A stretch of 64,000 nt of DNA from an uncultured Acidobacteriaceae bacterium (GTDB lineage Bacteria > Acidobacteriota > Terriglobia > Terriglobales > Acidobacteriaceae), in contig CAWBUJ010000006.1 in the NCBI GenBank assembly GCA_963791975.1, positions 42,815 through 106,814 on the forward strand. Reading direction: 5' to 3'. The notes beneath the pieces were generated by a model. The model was not told the DNA's origin. It saw nothing but the letters and a program-made list of their open reading frames with translations, and made no database searches. Positions 1 through 8,748 of the stretch are shown here, piece after piece. The translations under genes and the position numbers were made by a program. Positions within the stretch are counted from its first letter, which is position 1; every line of letters begins with the position of its first letter.

Positions 1-975
1 CGGCCGGTTCACGCCGATCACCCCTCCGAAGGCTGACACCGGGTCGCACTCCAGAGCGCGCTTGTAGGCCTCCGCCAAAGTCGCGCCCACCGCGGTTCCG
101 CAGGGGTTGGTGTGCTTAATGATGGCGCAAACGGGCTCGTCGAATTCCTGCGCCAGGTCCCACGCGGCCTGCAAGTCGACGATGTTGTTGTAGCTGAGTT
201 CCTTGCCCTGAAGCTGCTTGCCATTGGCAATTCCTTTGCCTGAGCCATCCGAATATAACGCCGCCTTCTGATGTGGATTCTCTCCGTAACGCAGATCGAA
301 AGCCTTCTGAAATGTCAGTCGCAGCGTTTGCGGGAACCCTTCCTCCCTGGCCATACCGAACTTGGCGTCATTCGATTCGGGTGCACTGATCCGCTCCAAG
401 GTCGACGCAATCGCCGAGTCATATGCGGCTGTGGTCGCAAAAGCCTTTTGCGCCAATCGCCACTTGGTCCTAAGCGACAGCTCGCCGCCCGATGACTCCA
501 TCTCCTTCGCGATTGCGTCGTAATCCGACGGTGAGGTAACGATGGCCACATCCTGAAAGTTCTTGGCTGCAGAGCGCACCATCGACGGCCCCCCGATATC
601 AATATTCTCGATGATGTCTTCGAACTGTGCGCCCGGCTTCGACGCCGTCTTCTCGAAGGCGTAGAGATTGACCACGACCATATCGATGGGCTCGATCCCG
701 TGTTCCGCCACCGCGGCACGGTGCTTTTCGTTGCTGCGCACATGCAGAATTCCACCATGCACCTTAGGATGAAGGGTCTTTACGCGGCCGTCGAGCATCT
801 CTGGAAACCCTGTCAGCTCGGAGATGTCTTTCACGGCAATGCCCGAATCCCGCAACAACCTGGCCGTACCTCCTGTGGAGACGAGTTCTACGCTCATGGC
901 AGAGAGCGTACGCGCGAACTCCACCAGTCCGGTCTTGTCTGTGACGCTTAGAATTGCCCGTTGAATCCTGCTCAT
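1..975 (-). CDS. purH: Bifunctional AICAR formyltransferase/IMP cyclohydrolase PurH, N-terminal ~325 codons (3' end lies outside the window)
   Basis: Own translation from ATG at 975: MSRIQRAILSVTDKTGLVEFARTLSAMSVELVSTGGTARLL...LHPKVHGGIL...NLYAFEKT...DIGGPSMVRSAAKN...IIKHTNPCG. No stop before the window edge, so it is absent from the ORF track. Confidence 0.9.
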   Translation of the reverse strand, partial: MSRIQRAILSVTDKTGLVEFARTLSAMSVELVSTGGTARLLRDSGIAVKDISELTGFPEMLDGRVKTLHPKVHGGILHVRSNEKHRAAVAEHGIEPIDMVVVNLYAFEKTASKPGAQFEDIIENIDIGGPSMVRSAAKNFQDVAIVTSPSDYDAIAKEMESSGGELSLRTKWRLAQKAFATTAAYDSAIASTLERISAPESNDAKFGMAREEGFPQTLRLTFQKAFDLRYGENPHQKAALYSDGSGKGIANGKQLQGKELSYNNIVDLQAAWDLAQEFDEPVCAIIKHTNPCGTAVGATLAEAYKRALECDPVSAFGGVIGVNRP

Positions 976-1084
976 CGCTTCCTCTTTTTTATGAATAATC
1001 TCAGCGGAACGAATCTGTCATGGAAAGCGGAATATAGCACAGTGCGGCTCCTGAGTCGGTGACGCTTGTACTCGCCTGCAGGCA

Positions 1085-1111
1085 CAAAAAATCCGCAGCG
1101 CGAGGCTGCGG
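1085..1111 (-). terminator. Rho-independent terminator downstream of the XRE regulator gene
   Basis: Perfect 7-bp stem CCGCAGC/GCTGCGG with a 5-nt loop, followed on the minus strand by ATTTTTTG. Confidence 0.7.
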
Positions 1112-1133
1112 CGATTCACCCCCAAACGCGTGT

Positions 1134-1481
1134 TCACTTGCCCGCGTTAGCGGCCATCTTCTTCACCATGGCGACCACCAGCTTGCGGTCGCTCTCGTTG
1201 AGGTTTGGCGAATACCGGCGAATCTGGGTGAGGAAGCGCACCTCGTCTTCTCCCAAATGGGGAGTAGCCTTGCTTCCGTTTTCCCCGGCGCCGGCAAAAA
1301 ACTGCGCCAGCGGCAGCTCCATCGCCGAAGCTATTTTTGCCAGCGTATCGAGCGACGGAATTGTATGTCCGTTCTCGACGCGCGACAGATAGCAGCGTAA
1401 GAGGCCGGTGCGTTTTTCGATATCGCCCTGCGACATGCCTTTTTGCAAACGATAATTACGGATGGTTTCGCCAATGTTCAT
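1134..1481 (-). CDS. XRE-family helix-turn-helix transcriptional regulator
   Basis: 115 aa. N-terminus IRNYRLQKGMSQGDIEKRTGLLRCYLSRVENGHTIPSLDTLAKIASAM is a typical HTH_3/XRE motif. Confidence 0.8.
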   Translation of the reverse strand: MNIGETIRNYRLQKGMSQGDIEKRTGLLRCYLSRVENGHTIPSLDTLAKIASAMELPLAQFFAGAGENGSKATPHLGEDEVRFLTQIRRYSPNLNESDRKLVVAMVKKMAANAGK

Positions 1482-1613
1482 GGGAGGTTCGCGTCCTGGG
1501 GAGAGATGGCCACGGGGTTAACTGCATAGTAATCATAGTGCTGCTCTCTGGCAAGAGAAATCGTGTGCACCATTCGCGATGCTTGTGGAATGCCGACAGG
1601 AATCCTGGAAGGA

Positions 1614-1632
1614 CAGTTACTTGTCAGTTACT
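1614..1632. repeat. Two tandem copies of CAGTTACT at 11-nt period (reverse complement of AGTAAC)
   Basis: cagttacttgtcagttact read directly; intergenic. Confidence 0.6.
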
Positions 1633-1697
1633 GGCTCGTGTCACTCGCAGGCCAAGAACAGCCGGGGTGACCCCAGCAAATCATTGAGGTTACGAGA

Positions 1698-2231
1698 CTA
1701 AGCGGAACCAGAGCAATCGACTGAGACGGACAACGCACCTGGCACGACAGTTTGCGTAGGCGTCAACAGCAGTTCCATGTAAAGGAGACCTTCGACCGTT
1801 TCTGCTGGTCTAGGAGCTACCTCCCTAAAGCCCAACTTGCGGTACATGGCAACGGCGGCTGCCATGGTTGGAGGGTGTGTGTCCAGGCGTAGCCGCGAGT
1901 AGCCCAAGGCACGCGACTGCTGCACCAGCCGGCGTACCAGCAGTTTACCCACCTCTCCGCCGCGGAACGTAGGACGCACATAGAGCCGTTTCATCTCGCA
2001 GGCACCTTCCAGCGGAAACGGACGCAATCCTACACAGCCAACCGGCTGTCCCGCCACCGTCGCCAGAAGCAGTGAGCCCTTCGGCGGCGTGTAGGGCCTG
2101 GGCAGCGCCGCAAGCTCAGCCTCAAATAATCGCGGACGGTACTCATGCGCCAGTTCGGCATGATACTCGCGAAACAGGCCACGAACCTGCTCGACCTGCT
2201 CCACGGTTAGGGCTTCCACGATCTCACTCAC
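1698..2231 (-). CDS. GNAT-family N-acetyltransferase
   Basis: 177 aa. RLYVRPTFRGGEVGKLLVRRLVQQSRALGY resembles the acetyl-CoA binding motif A (Q/RxxGxG/A). Confidence 0.75.
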   Translation of the reverse strand: MSEIVEALTVEQVEQVRGLFREYHAELAHEYRPRLFEAELAALPRPYTPPKGSLLLATVAGQPVGCVGLRPFPLEGACEMKRLYVRPTFRGGEVGKLLVRRLVQQSRALGYSRLRLDTHPPTMAAAVAMYRKLGFREVAPRPAETVEGLLYMELLLTPTQTVVPGALSVSVDCSGSA

Positions 2232-2261
2232 GTTTCACCAGCATGGACATCGCGAAATTTT

Positions 2262-3008
2262 CTAGCCCATCAGAATGCCACCGTTCACCTTCAACACTTC
2301 TCCCGTGATGTACCCCGCTTCCTCTGACGCCAGAAACTTTATCGCGTGCGCGACATCGAGATCGGTGCCTTGGCGTCCCAGTGGAACATTCCTCATCATG
2401 GCCTCTTTCAATTCCGCCGACAGCACGTCGGTCATGGCAGTCTGGATGAATCCGGGCGCAACCGCATTTACCGTGATGTTGCGCGATCCCACCTCGCGCG
2501 CAACCGCCATCGTCAGGCCAATCAGCCCAGCCTTTGACGAGGAGTAATTCGCCTGTCCTGCCTGCCCGATCTGCCCAAAAATACTGGTCACGTTAATGAT
2601 GCGTCCCCATCGCTGCTTCAACATCGAGCCGATCACGGCCTGGATCAGCAGGAAGGGCCCGGTGAGGTTGGTGCTGATCACCGTGTCCCAGTCTTCGCGC
2701 TTCATGCGCATGACCAGCTGATCGCGGGTCACGCCGGCATTGTTCACCAGAATGTCGATCTTGCCGAAGCGGGCGATCGCGGCTTTCGCTCCGGCCTTGA
2801 TTTCCTCATCGCTGCCGACGTCCATTTTGAACGGGGCAGCCTCACCACCTTTAGCATTGATCTCGCCGGCAAGCTGTTCCAGCTTCTCCTGGTTGCGAGC
2901 ACAGAGCGCTACCTTGGCGCCGGCTTCTGCGAGCACCAGCGCACATGCACGACCGATTCCTTGCGACGCTCCAGTGACCAACGCGATCCGGCCTTCCACT
3001 CCCGCCAT
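2262..3008 (-). CDS. fabG: 3-oxoacyl-ACP reductase / SDR family oxidoreductase
   Basis: ALVTGASQGIGRA (TGxxxGIG), NNAG, YSSSKAG (YxxxK). Start taken at the internal ATG at 3008; the upstream part of the ORF looks spurious. Confidence 0.85.
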   Translation of the reverse strand: MAGVEGRIALVTGASQGIGRACALVLAEAGAKVALCARNQEKLEQLAGEINAKGGEAAPFKMDVGSDEEIKAGAKAAIARFGKIDILVNNAGVTRDQLVMRMKREDWDTVISTNLTGPFLLIQAVIGSMLKQRWGRIINVTSIFGQIGQAGQANYSSSKAGLIGLTMAVAREVGSRNITVNAVAPGFIQTAMTDVLSAELKEAMMRNVPLGRQGTDLDVAHAIKFLASEEAGYITGEVLKVNGGILMG

Positions 3009-3118
3009 GAAGCCTCCTGCTTGCAAGCAAAGCAGGATTATAAACACCGAAGGATGGATTATCCGGTCGTTGCGGATATGCATGCAGGGTCGATCCCTGC
3101 AAAACCCTGGTCAATCTT

Positions 3119-3928
3119 CTACGACAGTCGCTCTGGTGCCCAGAACAGTACCTTCAGTTCACGGGCGAAGTGGGCGACATCAGGTTGAGGTGGGAGCGTA
3201 ATGCCCGCCGTCTGTGCCATGGAATTCTCCCCCAGTTCCATTTTCGCCTCTTGCATCTCCCAGGGAAGATGATGGATTTCGCCGCGATAAAGCCGCTTGC
3301 GGTTATAGGCGTACAGGCAGTAGCGTTCAGTGAGGAAGTGTTCCAGCGAGCCTGGGCGCCCTTGGAGCGTTGAAGAGCCCGGCCCGTAGGTGCAGCGAAA
3401 CGCGGCGGGCTTCGGTCCATGGTGGCGCTTGGAGGTGTATTCAATCTCAGGCCCGCCTCGCCCCTTCACTTGTATGGCAGCTTGCCAATACGGCAGCCGA
3501 TAGAAAACGCGCGCGCCCCAGACTGCCGACAGATTGCTGGCGTCCAGGCTAAAGAAGTAAACACCTGGCTTGTCACCGTGAGTGACATAGGTGCGCACGT
3601 TGATTTCGGCAAAGTGCGAAAACCATGGCAGTGAGGGAACGCCGGGCGGCCGAAGGTGATTGATCCAGAACGGGACCACCGAAACCCACGCGCGCTGTTG
3701 GTAGGTGTCCAGCGTTAACGCTTCCGGGACAAGCGAGCGGATTATCGCGGGAGGAAACGCATAGTGCAGAAACAGCAGGTCGTTCCAGCGCTGGGTCATG
3801 ATCCACGGCGTCATCGGCGCCGGCCAGGGACGATGCGCGGTGGCGAAGAGAATGGAATCTGCCCCCACCCAACGGGTTTGGCTCTCACTCATTTCGCTGC
3901 CGTTCACGATTTCGTTTGGGGTAGGCAC
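3119..3928 (-). CDS. DUF2071 (YqjF-like) family protein
   Basis: 269 aa. WNDLLFLHYAFPP...VNVRTYV...GVYFFSLDA pattern is typical of DUF2071. Confidence 0.6.
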   Translation of the reverse strand: MPTPNEIVNGSEMSESQTRWVGADSILFATAHRPWPAPMTPWIMTQRWNDLLFLHYAFPPAIIRSLVPEALTLDTYQQRAWVSVVPFWINHLRPPGVPSLPWFSHFAEINVRTYVTHGDKPGVYFFSLDASNLSAVWGARVFYRLPYWQAAIQVKGRGGPEIEYTSKRHHGPKPAAFRCTYGPGSSTLQGRPGSLEHFLTERYCLYAYNRKRLYRGEIHHLPWEMQEAKMELGENSMAQTAGITLPPQPDVAHFARELKVLFWAPERLS

Positions 3929-4093
3929 CTTGCGTAGGAGTTCGTTATTTCTTCGAGTTCGATTCTTTCGATGCTGATTCTAGCCATCAGGAGCTGCCGC
4001 GCGCTGTGACGGGTAACCATGAGCCCCGGTTTCTTATGTTTCCCACAGACGACGGTTGCCCGCGAGTTCCAAGACCGCATATGATTCAGCCCA

Positions 4094-5674
4094 ATGTCAT
4101 CTACCGACGAACGAAACGCCAGTTCCGCAGCGGTGTCTCCCGCTCAAGAGCCCAGCGCCGAGGTTTACGCGGTTCAAGGCGCCGACCCGGAAGTGCAGGC
4201 TTATGGCATGGCCAAGTATTCGCGCTCCGCCCTGTCAATGCGCGAGTCTCTGGCCGAGATCAGCGAGCAAAAAGCGGAGAAGTTCCTCAACACCTTCTAC
4301 TTCCAGTACGGCCATCGCAGTATTGCGGATTTGGCCCATATTGCATTTGCCATCGAGCGCTTGTCGATCCTCGCGGCTACGGTGGTCGTAGACGAGCCTC
4401 GCTGGGACGGACAGGAGCGCTCCACCCGCTATCAGGATTTCCAGAAAAGCGGATACTTCGTTCCCGGCTTTGGAGATGACGTTCACGCCTGCGCACTGTA
4501 CCGTGAAACCGTTGATCTTCTATTTGCCGAGTACCGTCACTTTTCCGGCGAAATGTTCTCCTATCTCCGCGAGCGCACGCCCCAGCCGCCAGAGATGAAG
4601 CAGGAAGCCTACGAGCGTACCTTGCGCGCCCGCGCCTTCGACTTATCGCGATACCTGCTGCCATTGGCGACCAACACCTCGCTTGGCCAGATCGTTAGTG
4701 CCCGCACTCTCGAGACACAGGTCTCGCGACTGCTTTCCGATCCCCACGCTGAGGTGCGGCGTCTGGGCGAATTGCTGAAACAGGCGGCACGCGAACCCGC
4801 CTACAATCTGGGCCGCGCCAGCGCCCGCGATCTGGTGCAGGAAATCCAGCGCGAGTGCCCATCGCTCGGCGAACGCGCCAACCAGCTGCTTTTGCGTGAT
4901 ATCCGTGTCGCGCCCACCTTGATGAAATATGCCGAGCCGTGCGCCTACGAAGTCGAGACTCGTCGTGAGTTGATCGCCGCCGCCGCGGAACTGCTGGGCG
5001 GAATCGCCATCCAGAACGCGCCTTTAGTCGATCTGCTCGACGATGAGCCGCTTGAGGTCGAACTCGCTGCCACGCTGCTGTATCAGTATTCACATCATTC
5101 TTACCGGCAGATACGCCAGGTGGTGTATGCTCTGCCCGAATCGCAGCGACGCCAGATCGTCGATCTCGGCTTGCGCCATCGTGGCCGTCACGACGAGGTT
5201 TCGCGGCCATTCTGCGCCGGGCAGCATTTCCGCTTCGATATCCTGATGGACATTGGCGGATTCCGCGACATGCATCGCCACCGCCGCTGTGTGCAGATCG
5301 TGCAGGGCTACACCACCGCAAACGGTTACGACAGGCCGCAGGAGATCGATGGGGCAGGGCTGGCCGCCCGCTACGACTCGGTGATGGCGCGCGCACGGGA
5401 TACCGTCGTCCAACTTGCTGCCCGCGATGCCGTCGAGGCGGAGGAGCAGTCGCAATATGCCATCCCGCTCGCTTTTCGCAAACGTACGCTGTTTAAGATG
5501 GATTTGTCCGAAGCCATCTACATCAGTGAGCTGCGCACCGGCGCGGCCGGCCATTTTTCCTATCGTAACGTCGCCTATGCGATGTACCAGGCCGTAGCTG
5601 AGCGTTATCCAGCGCTGGCAAAATACTTCCGGGTGACCGACGTCCGTGAGCCGGTGGACTTGCTCAAGCGTTAG
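4094..5674 (+). CDS. Long-form ThyX-like (thymidylate synthase complementing protein family) protein
   Basis: 526 aa. FYFQYGHRSIADLAH and DMHRHRRCVQ (RHR motif) and ELRTGAAGH resemble ThyX signatures. Length is about twice canonical ThyX. Confidence 0.55.
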   Translation: MSSTDERNASSAAVSPAQEPSAEVYAVQGADPEVQAYGMAKYSRSALSMRESLAEISEQKAEKFLNTFYFQYGHRSIADLAHIAFAIERLSILAATVVVDEPRWDGQERSTRYQDFQKSGYFVPGFGDDVHACALYRETVDLLFAEYRHFSGEMFSYLRERTPQPPEMKQEAYERTLRARAFDLSRYLLPLATNTSLGQIVSARTLETQVSRLLSDPHAEVRRLGELLKQAAREPAYNLGRASARDLVQEIQRECPSLGERANQLLLRDIRVAPTLMKYAEPCAYEVETRRELIAAAAELLGGIAIQNAPLVDLLDDEPLEVELAATLLYQYSHHSYRQIRQVVYALPESQRRQIVDLGLRHRGRHDEVSRPFCAGQHFRFDILMDIGGFRDMHRHRRCVQIVQGYTTANGYDRPQEIDGAGLAARYDSVMARARDTVVQLAARDAVEAEEQSQYAIPLAFRKRTLFKMDLSEAIYISELRTGAAGHFSYRNVAYAMYQAVAERYPALAKYFRVTDVREPVDLLKR

Positions 5675-5806
5675 TCTCAGCCGGTGGACGAAGCCCGTTG
5701 GCACGCCTCTGAGCCGCCTGCCCGCGCAAAGAAGTTCTCTAGCGGCCATTTTCGGTATAGCATGTTCGCTGCCAGTGGAATTGCGGCCAAATGTGGAGGA
5801 GATCCC

Positions 5807-6445
5807 ATGAGTCCTGTCCCGATGCGAGATAAAGATTCCAAGGAAAAGCCGGCGAAGCCCCATCCCGTAGAAACTGCGGTCGCTGAAACCGCAGAGGCGA
5901 GCGGGGCCAGCGTGGAAAAAATACGCGACATCCTCTTCGGCTCCCAGATCAAGAACTACGAGTCGCGCTTCAGCCGGCTGGAAGACGCCCTGGCGCGGGA
6001 GACCGCCGAGATCAAGGACGCCATGCGCCGACGGCTGGACTCGCTGGAAGCCTTCTTCAAGAGCGAGACCGAGTCCCTTGCAGCGCGCCTGAAAACCGAG
6101 CGGGACGAGCGCGAGGAGCTCCTGAACAACATCTCGCGCGAGTTGAAGGCCTCGTCGGCGCAGCTCTCCAAGAAGATCCTCGACCTCGACAACAAGGCCG
6201 CCCAGGACCGCAGTGCCGCTCGCCAGGAGTTGATGGCCGAGTCCCGCAAACTGCTCGACGAGATTCGCCAGCGCAACGATTCTCTCAGCGCGCTCCTCGA
6301 AACCCGGGTGCAGGAGTTGCGCAATTCCAAGACTGACCGCTCCGCGCTGGCTGCCCTGTTCGTCGAACTGGCCGTGCGTCTGAAGGACGAAAGCGACAAC
6401 GGCAGGAGCAAACCCAAGCCGATCCGGAGTGCTACCGAGGCGTGA
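5807..6445 (+). CDS. Coiled-coil protein of unknown function
   Basis: Start chosen at ATG 5807, preceded by GGAGGAG. The 212 aa are rich in heptad-like E/K/R/L segments (LEDALARETAEIKDAMRRRLDSLEAFF...). Confidence 0.6.
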   Translation: MSPVPMRDKDSKEKPAKPHPVETAVAETAEASGASVEKIRDILFGSQIKNYESRFSRLEDALARETAEIKDAMRRRLDSLEAFFKSETESLAARLKTERDEREELLNNISRELKASSAQLSKKILDLDNKAAQDRSAARQELMAESRKLLDEIRQRNDSLSALLETRVQELRNSKTDRSALAALFVELAVRLKDESDNGRSKPKPIRSATEA

Positions 6446-6452
6446 GCATTCT

Positions 6453-8033
6453 ATGGGGTCAACGCCCGCTGACCTGAAACGCGATTCCGAGTACGATCCG
6501 GACCGTGATGAACTGGCCGAGCTTCGCGCCTTGCTGCTCGGGCAGCAGATGGTCGAGCTGCAGGCGCTCCAGGCGAGGCTCGACGATCCCAACATCCGCA
6601 CCGAGGAGATCAGCCAGATTCTGGGCAAGGCAGTCGCGCTTTCCATCAAGCGTGACGGCGGCTTGCAGCGCTCCTTATATCCCGTCGTCGAGCAGGCGCT
6701 GAAGATCTCGGTCGCCAAGAACCCCGCCATTCTCGCCACCTCTCTGGCCCCCATGATCGGAGACGCCGTTCGCAAGGCGGTTGCCAACGCGCTGCGCGGC
6801 ATGGCTGAATCCATCAACTTCACCCTGGAGCGCAGTCTTTCCTGGGAGAGCGTAAAGTGGCGCTTCGAAGCCCGGCGGACCGGCAAATCGTTCGGCGAGA
6901 TCGTCCTGCTGCGCAATCTCAGCTACAAGGTGCAGCAGGTCGTTCTCATCCAGCGTGAAACCGGCTCGGTCTTGCAGTACCTCGCGGCGCCCGGCGAAGG
7001 AGTAAAGGAAGCCGAACTGGTATCCAGCATGCTCACGGCGATTGGCGATTTCGTGACCGATTCGTTTGGCACCAAGCGCTCCCAGGAGTTTGAGGAATCC
7101 CGGACCAACGACTTCATTCTCTGGGTTAGTCACGGACCGCAGGCGTCGCTGGCTGGCACGATTCTCGGTGCTCCTCCGCCGGAGCTGAAGGATGTCTTCG
7201 CCCGCGAGAACGAGCTCATCCATCAGGAGTTCGCGGTTCAGCTCGCCTCGTTCAGCGGGGACGCGAGCATCTTCGACGGCGCGCGTCCGCATCTGCAGAA
7301 CTGCCTTCTCGGCCACTCCGAGCGACCGCGCAAGTCGCGGCGCTGGCTGATCGCTGTCGCTGCCATGCTGTTTGCAGTCACGGCCTTCGGACTTCTCGTC
7401 TATCGCCGGAACGTCCGCTGGAACCATTACGTCGCGCGGCTGCAGAGCGAGCCTGGCGTCGTTCTCACCGGCTGGGACAAACATTGGGGCCATTACGACG
7501 TCACCGGATTGCGCGATCCTCTGGCTGCCGATCCGCGGAAGTTAGCGGCCGCTTTTGGCATCGATCCCGCGAAGGTGGAGGAACACTTCGGTCCATATCA
7601 GTCGCTCGACCGCCGCTTCGCGTTGCAGCGCGAATTCGACTCCGAGAAGCAGGCGCTCGAGCAATTGATGATCCTGTTCCCCGTCAATTCCAGCGCCTTG
7701 CTGCCGGACCAATCGGTCCGATTGGACTCGCTCGAAGAACACCTGGATAAATTGCAGCAAGCGGCTCATTCTCTGGGCCGGCAAATTCATCTCACGATTT
7801 ACGGCCGCGCTGACCAGACCGGCGCGGAGAGCAAGAACGAGGCGTTGAGCAGGCAGCGGGCGGAACGCGTGTTTGACGCCTTGCGCGAGCGGGGCATTTC
7901 GCCGCAGCTGATTTCCGCCGTCGGTCTGGGAGACAGCGAGCTGATTCGTCACGGATCGGAGGCTTATCAGTTGGAAGTCAACCGCAGTGTTTCGCTGAAG
8001 GTGGAATCGCAGCCACCGGGAGACGAGCAATGA
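6453..8033 (+). CDS. Membrane-spanning OmpA-family protein with a large cytoplasmic N-terminal region (coiled-coil plus Roadblock-like segment)
   Basis: One TM segment (WLIAVAAMLFAVTAFGLLVY). C-terminal OmpA_C signature IYGRADQTGAESKNEALSRQRAERVFDAL. Start could also be the alternative codon at 6429. Confidence 0.75.
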   Translation: MGSTPADLKRDSEYDPDRDELAELRALLLGQQMVELQALQARLDDPNIRTEEISQILGKAVALSIKRDGGLQRSLYPVVEQALKISVAKNPAILATSLAPMIGDAVRKAVANALRGMAESINFTLERSLSWESVKWRFEARRTGKSFGEIVLLRNLSYKVQQVVLIQRETGSVLQYLAAPGEGVKEAELVSSMLTAIGDFVTDSFGTKRSQEFEESRTNDFILWVSHGPQASLAGTILGAPPPELKDVFARENELIHQEFAVQLASFSGDASIFDGARPHLQNCLLGHSERPRKSRRWLIAVAAMLFAVTAFGLLVYRRNVRWNHYVARLQSEPGVVLTGWDKHWGHYDVTGLRDPLAADPRKLAAAFGIDPAKVEEHFGPYQSLDRRFALQREFDSEKQALEQLMILFPVNSSALLPDQSVRLDSLEEHLDKLQQAAHSLGRQIHLTIYGRADQTGAESKNEALSRQRAERVFDALRERGISPQLISAVGLGDSELIRHGSEAYQLEVNRSVSLKVESQPPGDEQ

Positions 8034-8557
8034 TCCAGAAGAAAATCTGCATGCTGGGTTCTTTCGGAGTGGGCAAGACCAGTCTGGTCGCGCGTTTCGT
8101 GCAAGGAATTTTCTCCGGCAAATATCTCAGCACCGTGGGCGTAAAGATTGACAAGAAGGAAATCAAGGTGGGCGACCAGGATGTGCTGCTGCTGCTCTGG
8201 GACCTGGCCGGGGAGGATTCCCACTCGCAAGTCCAGACCTCCTACCTGCGCGGCGCGGCCGGATACTTCCTCGTCGTGGACGGTACCTTTGCCGAATCGC
8301 TGGTCACGGCCAAGAGCATTCACAAGCGGGCCATCGAGGCGGTCGGCGAAATCCCGTTCATGCTCATCGTGAACAAGTCCGACCTGTGGGACCGCTGGGA
8401 GATCACCGTTCCGGAGCTGGAAAAGCTGCAAGCCGAAGGATGGAGCGTGCAGGTCACCAGCGCCAAAACTGGCGAAGGCGTGGAGAAAATGTTCCAGACC
8501 ATGACCGAGCAGGTCCTGCGCAACTCTGCTCCGAGCGAGGCCGCCACCGAGGCGTAA
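8030..8557 (+). CDS. Ras/Rab-like small GTPase
   Basis: G1 GSFGVGKT, G3 WDLAGED, G4 NKSD, G5 SAK. The start overlaps the upstream stop in ATGA. Confidence 0.85.
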   Translation: MIQKKICMLGSFGVGKTSLVARFVQGIFSGKYLSTVGVKIDKKEIKVGDQDVLLLLWDLAGEDSHSQVQTSYLRGAAGYFLVVDGTFAESLVTAKSIHKRAIEAVGEIPFMLIVNKSDLWDRWEITVPELEKLQAEGWSVQVTSAKTGEGVEKMFQTMTEQVLRNSAPSEAATEA

Positions 8558-8748
8558 ACGCTCGCGCCGTGATGTAGCTTCAGCAACCGAAAGACGTTCG
8601 TAGGGTGGACGTGAAGACCAGTCGAAGATCTGCGGCACTGCCTCACCAAGCCGACCCAAAGGGCTGGATGTCAGAGAACTGTCTCTTCTCCAGTGAAGGG
8701 GAAGGTGTTTTCTCTTGACGTCTCCTCTCATAAAACCCACCAATATTT

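Noticed and set aside
5090-6916. 608-aa minus-strand ORF, the longest of many long antisense ORFs (others: 35025-36857, 13517-14545, 19752-20792, 48724-49827, 54370-55386, 29618-30715).
   Set aside because: Each lies antisense to a gene with clear family motifs. The sequences are Arg/Ala/Gly/Pro-rich and low-complexity, as expected from stop-poor frames in high-GC DNA.
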